From Sminthopsis crassicaudata (lineage: Eukaryota), in the NCBI RefSeq assembly GCF_048593235.1, contig NC_133622.1, positions 255,630,055 through 255,694,054 on the forward strand: 64,000 nucleotides of DNA, read 5' to 3'. Both the position numbers and the translations under genes were made by a program. Under the pieces are notes generated by a model, which had not been told where the DNA came from, ran no database searches, and worked only from the letters and a program-made list of their open reading frames with translations. Shown here piece after piece: positions 52,195-61,895 of this stretch; within the stretch, counting starts at the first letter, position 1, and the number at the start of each line of letters is the position of its first letter.

Positions 52195-55100
52195 TCACTC
52201 TGGGGCTGGGGGCCCGGGGAAGCAGGCCTTGCACCGGAACGCGCTCCTCCAGCCGTCGCCCCGGTACCAGCGCTGCACACAGGTGCGATGGGCCCAGGCC
52301 TGGCACGCGCCGCACTGCAGCTGGGAAGGCGGACCGCCGTTACCCGGCAAGCTCCGCGGGAACCACCACGGACCGATCGCCCGCTCCCACCCCCCCACAA
52401 AACCACTAAGCGCCCCCTGAGCTGCTCTCCCCTTCCCCCCTCCTTGCCCCTCCCGGAGGGTCCGGCCCCAGGGTGCCATGGAGCAGGTCAGACGCCCCTG
52501 GGGAAGGCTCCCCAGCGGAGCAAGGAGCACGCTGGGAGGGAGGGCAAAGGGGGTCCCGGGCTGCAGGCCCACTCACCATGGTGAAAACTTCACTGTCGCC
52601 CCTGTCGGCCAGCTGGTCGCAGTAGGGACACGTGTCCTCCACGCCCAGGGCGGCCACCAGCACCGTCTCCGAGTCCTCGTCTGGGGCCGGCTCCGAGGAG
52701 GCCGAGGGGAAGGGAGCGGAGGGCAGAGCGTCCTCCCCGTCCAAGTCCTCCTCCTTCTCCTCGGAGCCCAGGTCTTCCTCCTCAGACTCATTCTCTGCCT
52801 GGGGGGCGAGAGCCCAAGCCCGGCCTCAGCACTGTCTGCCCCCACCCCCAGGGGCTTCCCGCCCACCCCTCTGCTGGTCTCTGCGCCAGCCCCTTACTGA
52901 GGAGGCCCCAACCCCCCTCCCCCACCCGGCCTGCCCCTTTCTCCATCCCCTGGGGCAGCCATCATCTCCAGGGCCGGCCTCACTTTTACTTCCCCAGATT
53001 TGAGGGCAGGGGGCGTTTGCTGACCGGTTCTGCCCTCCGCTCCCCATGTGGGTGAGGGCGGGGGCGCCCAGCCCGAGGAGCCCCGGGCACTGCCAGGGAG
53101 CCCCGGGGAAGGGGACCGAGAGCTCAGTGCGAACATTCACGTTCAAAGCCGGCCGTGGGCACTTAGGACTCTGTAGTTTCTTTTGGGAGAATAGCTGGAA
53201 ACCGGTTTTTATTGAGGTGTTGGTACAAAAGCCTTAGAACCCAGGGGAACAAGAAGCGGGAAAAGAAAAGCCGGTTTTGGGGACCGCGTCCGAGGGGCCG
53301 CGTCGGGGTGACTGGGGAGAAAAAGCGCCCGCGCAGTTTTCTTAGCCAAGGGGCTGGCGTCTGGCAGTCACAGGCCCCCCTCCCTTGCCCAGGACTCCCG
53401 GGGCCGACATCCCGGCGTTCCCTGGGGCCAGGCGCAGGCGGACCGTCCTCACTCCAAGGCTCCCTCTCCGTTTGACAGCTGAGGCGCGGGGGCAAGCGGA
53501 TCTGCCCAGGGTCTCCCGACTAAGGGGCCAGCGGCCGGGGCTCCGGACTCCCCTCCTCCCCACGCCTGGGGCTGCGGGACCGACACCTCTCTGGCTCGGA
53601 GAGCCCCGGCCGGGAGCCTCCACCCAGCCGCCCCCGTCGCAGGTCACCGGCTTCTGGACGGAACCGCCGGCTGGACATCACTGAGCAAACTCGGGCAAAC
53701 TGACCTGCGGCTCGGCACCTGGACGGGCCCGGCCAAGGGAAGGCCCAGGTGCCCCAGGAGCTCCTTTGGAGGCCGGTGGCCGGCTCTTTTCTCTCCTGGG
53801 AACCTTCCCCGCACCACACCCCAACACGCCCCCCTCGGGAAGCATGTGGAGCTCAGCAGGGCAGAGCCCCCCCCCCCCGCCTCAGGCTCCTCTCTCACCT
53901 AGCCCGCGGCCCGACTGTGAGCACCCAGAGACCTCCCCCCCAAGCCAGAGGCGGGCAGATGGAGGCCAAAGGGAGCACACAGATGGCAGAGTGGCCGATG
54001 GGGGGGGCACGCAGGGGAGCAGGAGGAGCCCTCACCTGCATCTGCAGGAAGAGAACGTTCGGCAGCTCGAGGTCCCAGTTGGCGGTGTCTCCCCTCACCA
54101 CCAGCGTGAGCAGCCTGAAAACCAAAGAAGTTTGTTGGGACTCCACAGAAACAGGGGGACGGCCCCCGATGGCGGCCCCCCTCACCTCTGCACGAAGGCG
54201 TTGGTCATCTCCAGGAGCCCGTGCGTCCGGGGCTGGTAGCTGGCTACAAGGTCACACTGGAGATCGGCCCGGATCCTCAGAATCTGATTCAGCTGCGAGA
54301 GACGGGGGGGATGGGAGGCTGACAGTAAGGGGGACATGGGAGGCTGGCAGCGAGGAGATCATGGAGCAAGCACAGCCTCTGTGCCTCATCCTCGGGGCCG
54401 CCTCCAATCAGAACCCAGCTCTGGACTATCCGGGCATGGATAAATGGAGCCCAGGGTTGGCGTCTCCCCCTTTACTCCCCAGCAAAGGGGATTCTGCTGT
54501 GCATTCTTTGGGCTCCCCACTGATCTAGAGCCCAGAGAGTCCTCGCCCGGTTCCCCCAAGCTGAGTCCGTGCTTCTGTGCACTTCCACCTGGAGCGCCCC
54601 CTCCCGCACTCCCGAGGCCGGCCTGAGCAGCCGGGCCCCCCTTTTGGCCCCCACATCTGGCCCCTGAGAGCCCAGACCCCAGGCCGAGCACCTGCCGGAC
54701 GAAGTCGCCGCTCTGGGTGCAGACGATCCTCTCCGGGAAGCCGAAGCGGTACACCAGCTTGAGCACCTGCTCGGCCGTCTCCTCGGGGGAGCAGGTCTTC
54801 ATGGGGGCGACCTCCACCCAGCGCGTGTAGTGGTCCACGACCACGAAGATGAAGCAGGCTCCCCGGGGCGTCTGCTCCATGGGCCCCACCAGCTGGAGGC
54901 CCACCAAGTGGAAGAGGCCCCGGGCCTGGGGGCGAAGGGCGCGGTCAGGAGAAGAGCTGCAGCCCAGCCGGGCTCATCTGAAGCTCTGGTGCTCAGAATG
55001 CTGGTTCGGACAAGGCCGATACCCAGAGAGCCCGTGGCTCAGCATCCGGCCTTGTCGCTGGGCACAGCCTGCCCGCCATCCTGGCAGTGCCCACCCCCAG

Positions 55101-57662
55101 GGCCCCGCCTTTCCTTTACCCAGATGCCCGTGCTGACGGTAATCCACAAGGATTTGCAGGCTGATGGGCACAAAGGGAAACCCTCACCTCGACCCGGGGA
55201 GGGCCCAAGTGAAGAACCAGAACTCACCCTCCTCATCCCCTCCCCTCCCAGAATCCCCTCCGGGGCCCAGCTGCCACTGGCCCAGTCCAGTCCAGTCCTT
55301 CCGGGTGGACGTCTGATGGGGCACCGAATGCCCCCTCGCTGGAGAAGGGGGTAAACAGCGTACCTGGGCCGCCAGGGCTTCTTTCTTGGGGACCACCGCA
55401 GCTGGGGGCAGGAGTCGCAGGGGCGGCGAGACGGACGGCCTCCCCCTGAGCCGAGCCGCCAGGGGCACTGCCTGCTTATACTTCTTAGCTTTGACCTGGG
55501 ACCCAGTGGGAGGTGTCTGTGGGAGACTCCAAGAAAGACCGTCTCTCCCCCCAGCCCCTCAGACCTCCCCCCCAAGCTCTGACCACAGGCCCCCCCGCCC
55601 TTACCCTGGCACTCCGGGCTTCCTGCTTTGCTAACTTGTCTCTCTGGCACTTCTTACACTCCTTCACCTGGGGATGGGAGAGCCCGAGCTGAAGCAGGGG
55701 GGGCCAGGAGGAAAGCCCCCAGCTCCTGACCTCCCCTCCCCCCCCAGCCGTCACTCGTATCCTGGACCCTTCTTATGGGCCCCTTCCCACGTCCCCACCA
55801 ATCTTAAACAAAACCAGCCGACCTCCCCGGGGGGAGATGCCACGGCCAAAGGAGGGATGGGGGGGGGAGTCTGCGGCCCCACCCATTAGTGGTCATGGGA
55901 CACAGGACAAGAGCTAGTGAGCCCTAAAGTACCTAGGGGCCCAACCCCCCCACATCCCCAATGGGAAAGCACCAAAGCCCAATGAACAAGCACCTATTAA
56001 GTGCTTGCTGTATGCCCCGTGGCGGGAACAACAGACCAAAAAACCCCACAGCCAATCAAAGATCAATTAGCCCTCAAGGGCAAAGGCCAGGCTGGTGGTC
56101 AAGGCTGCATCCATGATTGACAGGAGGTGGCTTGGGGGGGGAGGTGGGGATGCTGTAGTTGGCCCCTTGAGGGACAGCAAAGTTGTCCCCCGGGATGGAA
56201 GGAGGCAGGGCAGGGTTCAGAAGGGACCCTGGGGGAACCTGGGCTTCCCAAAGGTGGAGCTGCCCAGCTCGGCGCTGCCAGGGAGGGGCCGGGGCAGTGA
56301 GGTGACCGTGTGTGTCAGAGCAGGGCATGGAGGACAGAGTGGGTAGGGAGCCTAGAAAGGGAGGCTGGGAGCAGGCCGGCCCCGTGGAAGGGTTGGGATC
56401 GCCCGCAGCTCCTCGGAGCCTCCATGCATCCCTCCCTGCCCCGGGCGCCCCCTGCGGCACCGTCCCTTTCCCGCAGCTCCCCCTGCTCTCTCTGGCTCAG
56501 TCTCTCGGTTTCCCCATCAGTAAGTGGGGACCCCACCGCCACCACTTCCGGGGCGTCCCTCACCCACTGCCGGGCGTGCAGCGTGATCCTGGGCCAGTAG
56601 TAGGACTTGGTGATGTTGATGCCCGTGGCCCGGATGCCGTGGTGCCGCTCCTCCGAGACCACGTGAGCCTCCTCAAAGGCTTTCCGCTTCTTCTCCGGGG
56701 TGAAGAGGACTCTCTGGAACTTGCCTTTGCCCTGGTAGTACAGCACGCCGCCTGGGAGCAAGCGGGCCCAAGAACTGCTCGGGGCCCCGCCCCCTCCCTC
56801 CCTGGGGCTCAGCGGAAGCCTTTGGGTGAGGCCCCTCCAGCACCAGAAAGTGCTGATCCAGGCCCACCTCTCCCTCCCAATATGGAGCCCTCCCTGCCTC
56901 CAGCTCCAGCTGCCGCCCTCCAGCCGTTTTCAGTCCTGTTCCATCTCTGTGGCAAAGACATTGCCACAATTCCCTTCTCCGCCCATTTTACAGACGAGGA
57001 AACTGAGGCAAACGGGGTTAAGCGCCCAGGGTCCCATAGTTAGGAAGGGTCTGAGACGGATATGAACCAGGAAGAGGAGTCGTCCTGACTCCTGCCATTC
57101 AACCAAGAAGGCCCCCAGTCTTTGGGGTTTTACTTCCCCAGTCCTCCTGCCTAAAGGATGGCTTCCACACAGGTGGGCAGAACGGCCTTCCTCTCCCATC
57201 CTTCCTGCCCTTTAAGGCTCCTTCCCACAAGCACCCCCTCTCCCCAAAAGCTACCCCGCCTTCCCCAGCCAGGCCACGCCCCCCCAACCCCTAGGAGGTG
57301 ACTGAAGGCGCCAGACAGGAGGACACCCGGGCCCCCTCCCCCAGCCCAGCCCCGGGAAACCAAGACCCGGCACGCCCCAGGTTTGGGGACAGGGATGGGA
57401 GCTGGAGCCCTGAGGCCCCCGAGGAGCTCGAGACCCGAGGCAGGGAGGCCCATGAGCCCCGGGCAGCTAGTCACACAGTGCTCAAGATCCCGGGCCCAGG
57501 GGCTTGGCTGAAGTCTAGCACAGCTCCCCGGGGCCAGGGGCTGCAGGGCGGCTAGGCACCCGGCCGGAAGTGACACTGACCTTCCAGGACAAAATTGGAG
57601 TTCCGGCTGAGCTTTCTTTTGACCGAAGGGGTCGGGGACGAGGTCATCCTCAAAAGCTCCAT
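52195..57662 (-). CDS. Integrase-PHD gene, copy A: same architecture as copy B; 9 coding exons, 410 aa
   Basis: Exons (-): 57671-57581 (ATG at 57662); 56751-56564 (EAH...RHHGIRAT...SYYWPR); 55667-55605 (VKECKKCQ); 55495-55364; 54925-54692 (core); 54292-54186 (YQPRTHGLLEMTN); 54114-54036 (NWDLELPNVLF); 52798-52577 (acidic, TCPYC); 52320-52195 (LQCGACQAWAHRTC...FRCKAC...*). All introns are GT-AG, phases match, coding sum 1233 nt. An additional upstream exon is possible. Confidence 0.87.
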
Positions 57663-58299
57663 AGTGCCGACCTGTCCGAGAAAACAGCTAAGCCATTCTG
57701 GCCGGAGCAGGGAGGAGAACCCGCCAAGGCGGAGAACTGCTGCCCAGACAGAAGCCCCCCCCCCCCCTCTCCCAGGGCAGAGGTTTGCCAGCCTGGCAGG
57801 GGCCGGCATGCGCTGGGATGGAGGAAGTCAGAGTAGAAGCTCCCCCTCCAGGAGCGAATCCCTCCACTTCCCTGGGGACAATTCCAGGCTAGGGGAAGTT
57901 TATGGGGAGCAGGATTCGAATTCAAAAGCAAATCCTCCCCCGGCAGGGAAAAGCTCAGAGGACCGAGCGCCGGAGCTAAAATCCCATCAGCACGGCGGGG
58001 ATCCCCTGGGGCCGGGTCAGAAAGCAGGAGGAGGCCCGCAGCCTTCTCGGGCGGGCTGGGGGGGCATTCAGGGGATTACCGCCAGGGATCCGCAGCCCCC
58101 TCCCTCCCGGCCCAACTCACACCCCGAGGGCAGCGGCCTCCCAAGTTGCGCCTCTAGGAGCAGCTTCAATCTCCGGCCTCGGTTCCTCTCAGCCTAAGGA
58201 CTCTGGAGGCTTTAGCCGCTCTCCCCACCCCCACCCTCCCCAAGGAGAGCCTCACTTTAAAGCTGGAACTCGGGCAGGGGCGGGTAACTTCCCAGAGGT

Positions 58300-60300
58300 C
58301 CCAGCTAATCCGCGTTGGAGCAAGTCCAGAAACCCGGGGCTCTAAGCTCCCTCGGGAGCACAGCCAACCAATCAGCGAGCTCCCTGAGTCCCGGGCCCGG
58401 CCTGCCCTCCGCCGCTTCCAGTCCCGCGGCCAAAATGCAACCGGCTCGGGAGGCGGGGCCTGGGAGGAGGCGGGGCCTGGGAGGAAGCTCCAGAGGCCGC
58501 CCCAGGCATCCTGGCCCAGTCACTCCACCAGCCTCAGTTTCCTCATAAATGAACCGGAGAAGGAAGTGGCAAAGAATCTCTGTCCAGAAAACTCCCCACG
58601 GGGCCAAGAAAAGCCGGACCCCGGAGCCCACTTCTCCCTGCTTGCACGTGGTCCCCCTTGGGCTGGGGGGCTACCCGAGGAAGGGGACCGAGCTTAGCAG
58701 TGTCTTAGAAGGCGCTCACTAAGTGTCCCTGACTGACTAAATGAGGCCGGAGCTGCGGGAGACACGGGCAAGAGTCGGGCACTCGTGCCATTCCCCCAGC
58801 CGTCTTGCACACGGATGCGCGTGCACACGCAAACATCGCCGGGTTTGGCGTTCTCCCAGTAGGCGGAGCGGGGGCCACAGGTGGTGGAGCGACCCGTAAC
58901 TAGCCCCAGGCGGCCTGGTCACCTGCGTCCGAATTGCACCGGAAGCACGCCATTACCTGCTTCTCCCCCTCCCCTCCTTTCCTCACCTCCCATCCATTCC
59001 CCTCCCCAGGCTCCACCCCCAACAGGCCCCGCCCCCCAGCCGGTCCTCCGGGATAAGACGCGGGGTCAGAAGGTTGCAATCGGGAATCGGGGCAGCGGAG
59101 GGGTGAGCCGGACCCGGGATGCCGGAGGGAGTTCTGTGAGGGCCGGGATCAGATCGCGGGGTGGGGGTGGAGACTAGGTGTGAGGAGGCCCCGCCCACAG
59201 AAGTGAGCCTGGAGAGGAGACCTTGCTCCGGTCCTCTCCCTTCCTACTTCTAGGCCGGGAATCATGGCAGGCGCGGGGACTGTGAAGTCCTCCTCCAGCT
59301 CCTTCCACCTGCCCGAGACGGACCAGCTCCCTCGCAGTAGCCCAAAGGCAAGTGTGCTAGTCAGACCGGGCGCCCCGGGCCCAGAGCGGCCTAAACGGGC
59401 CGCCTTCCTCCAAGAACCCGAGCGTCCCGGGCCCAGGGGGGCCCAGAGGGGCCGCTTTCTCCAAGAACCCGGGCCCAGGGGGGCCCAGACAGGCTGCTTC
59501 CTCCAAGAACCCGAACGTCCCGGGCCCAGGGGGGCCCAGAGGGGCCGCTTCCTCCAAGAACCCGAGCGTCCCGAGCCCAGGGGGGCCCAGACCGGCCGCT
59601 TCCCCCAAGAACCCGGGCCCAGGGGGGCCCAGAGGTTCCGCTTTCTCCAAGAAACTGGGCCCACGGGGGCCCAGACAAGCCGCTTCCTCCAAGAACCCGA
59701 GAACCCCGGGCCCACGGGGGCCCAGAGGGGCCGCTTCCTCCAAGAACCCGAGCGTCCCGAGCCCAGGGGAGCCCAGACACGCCACTTGCCTCAAATACCT
59801 GAGCGTCCCGGGCCCAGGGGAGCCCAGACGGGCCGCTTCCTCCAAGAACCCGAACGTCCCGGGTCCACGGGGGCCCAGACGGGCCGCTTCCCCCAAGAAC
59901 CCGGGCCCAGGGAGGCCCAGACGGAGCGCTTCCTCCAAGTACCTGAGCGTCCCGGGCCCAGGGGAGCCCAGAGCGGACGCTTCCCCCAAGAACCCGGGCT
60001 CACGGGGGCCCAGACGGGCCGCTTCCTCCAAGTACCTGAGCGCTCCGCGCTCAGACGGGCCCAGACGGACCAGCTTCCTCGAAGCAGCCCAGAGGTGAGT
60101 GTGCTAGTTAGACTGGGCGCCCCGGCCCCGGACGGCCCCAGGCGGCCCTAGCTGGCGCGCTTCCGCCAAACCACTGAGCGCTCGGGGCCTAGACGCGCCT
60201 GCTTCCTAGCAGTTACCCCGAGGGCAGTGTGCGGGGCTGGGACCCTGGGGGAGGCCGTCTGTAGCGTGGGAGTGTTTTTCCCCTCCCTCTCCCTCCCCCC
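58300..60300. promoter_or_regulatory. CpG island / probable bidirectional promoter between integrase-PHD copy A (-) and the + strand exon at 59264
   Basis: Dense CpG; CCAAT at 58368-58372; several GGGCGG/GGGGCGGG boxes; ETS-like CCGGAAG near 58940. Boundaries are approximate. Confidence 0.65.
59264..60094 (+). CDS. Probable first coding exon of an unidentified + strand gene, containing a 14-unit in-frame VNTR
   Basis: ATG in good context (gaatcATGG) inside a CpG island. The frame is open through 14 units of 42/51 bp (FLQEP[ERP]GPRGAQTGR). Strong donor GAG|GTGAGT at 60094/60095 and a GC-type donor AAG|GCAAGT at 59347/59348. No downstream exon was recognised in the window. Confidence 0.45.
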
Positions 60301-61689
60301 TCCCCGCTGCTTTTCAGGCGTCTCCCCCACCCCTCCGCTGTGCAGTCACGGGGGGGGGGGGGGGGGGGGGGTTCAAGCCTGGCCCGCCGAGAGGCAGCGC
60401 ACGAGACTGACTGGGCTCCTCGGGAGCCTTAGCCTTGGCTTTCTCTGCCCCGCCCCCAGCTTTGGGACTCCTTTGCAGCCGCCGAACTGGGAGCAGGGGA
60501 ACTTGGGAGGGAAGGAAATGGGAGCTGCAAAATGGACTTGGCCTGCAGTCCAAGGGGAGGAGTCCTGGGGTCTTTAGTGAGAACCTCCTAAGGGGCTGCC
60601 CGGGGTCCTCCGTGCTTGTTCTGGGGTCCCCGGGGGGCCTGGATGAGCCTGAAATGCTCTTCCGCCGGGGCCGCTGGGAGCTCCACCTTCCTTCAACCTC
60701 CTCTTCTCCTTTTTGGAGTCCCTCCGGGAGAGTGTCTGCAGTTGGATTTGAACTCAGGGCCAGGCCTGGGCATTCCCCGTCCACATCTCTGCCCCGTTTC
60801 CCCTGTTCCCTCCCCTCCATGCTGCCAAAAAGCTGCCCCTTTCCCACCCAAGCCCAGGCACCCCTAGGAAAGGTGTTTATTATTATAGGAATCCGGGGGA
60901 GAGAAAACTCCGAAGGAAAGGGGCAAACACACCCCAAAGTTCCCCTAGCCTGGCCTGACTGGCGGTCTGCCTCCATGGGCCTTTTCCTGGGCATAGATAT
61001 TTCTAGCCAGAGGCTGGGGACTGCCTTGAAAGGAATTTTATTCAGCATTTATTCCTTTCCCTGTGCCTGGCTCCGGGGTTCAAGCTTTCATTGCAAGTGG
61101 CATTCCTGGGCGGGATTCTGTCAAAAGTGATTCCCACTGAGAGGAGGAGAGGGGCTTCCGAGCCGCTTCCAGGGCCTTTTCTTTCCGGTTCTGGCACTGG
61201 CAGAGTCTCCTCCTCTTTAAAAATCTCCCACAAAGTCCATGTAAACATAATTCTAGCTTGTTACTACAATCAGCAGCTCAGATAATGAGCCGGCTCCAAC
61301 CTTACCAGCACTAAAGGGAACACCACTAGTCCCGATTAATTTACATTTTAGGTTGACAAATTCAAATAGCAACTGAAAAAAAATTTAAAAAATTCTCAGC
61401 CCCAAGTTAGAATTTGGCACATATATAACTAGCTAATCTTGTTATAACTGTTACAAGCAACTGGAAAGTGACTAAGTCTTAGTTTAACTATTGAAACCAG
61501 AGCAGAGATAATCCTCGATCAATCAATTAATCAACATGTATTTTATGAAATATATTTTATAATCTTGTATTGATTGGGGAAGGAATGCATGCATTAAGTA
61601 TCAAAGGGCATTGCTTAAAAATATTCCTAAATCTTTTCTATTTCAGTGGGATTAAGACCCAATTTGAAATTTCTTTGTCAAAACACAGC

Positions 61690-61895
61690 CCTTTGCTTTC
61701 TTTTTTAAAATTATTATTATACCTTTATTTACAAGGTGCATGGGTATGCATGGGTAATTTTTCAGCATTGACAATTGCAAAACTCTGTTCCAATTTTCCC
61801 CTCCTTCTCCCCACCCCCTCCCCCAGATGGCAGGTAGATCAATACATGTTAAATATGTTAAATACAATATATGTATACATGTCCAACAGTTATTT
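61690..61895 (-). mobile_element. LINE-1 3' end (dasyurid-type)
   Basis: ATGCATGGGTAATTTTTCAGCATTGACAATTGCAAAAC...CCCCTCCCCCAGATGGCAGG...CAATACATGTTAAATATG, recognised from memory as a marsupial L1 3' UTR. Confidence 0.7.

Noticed and set aside
53644-53800. Extra copy A exon (KRAGHRPPKELL... or ERKEPATGL...)
   Set aside because: Weak polypyrimidine tract, no donor restoring phase 0, no counterpart in copy B; exons 54036 and 52798 join in frame without it.
40383-57662. Interpretation as an autonomous LTR retrotransposon, ERV or active Ginger transposon
   Set aside because: No gag, protease, RT or RNase H; no LTR, TIR or TSD seen; 8-9 spliceosomal introns; catalytic Asp residues replaced.
59264-59347. 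Assigning the symbol CARS1 to the + strand first exon
   Set aside because: Only synteny and orientation support it; the peptide does not match the CARS1 N-terminus as I recall it, and no further exons are in the window.
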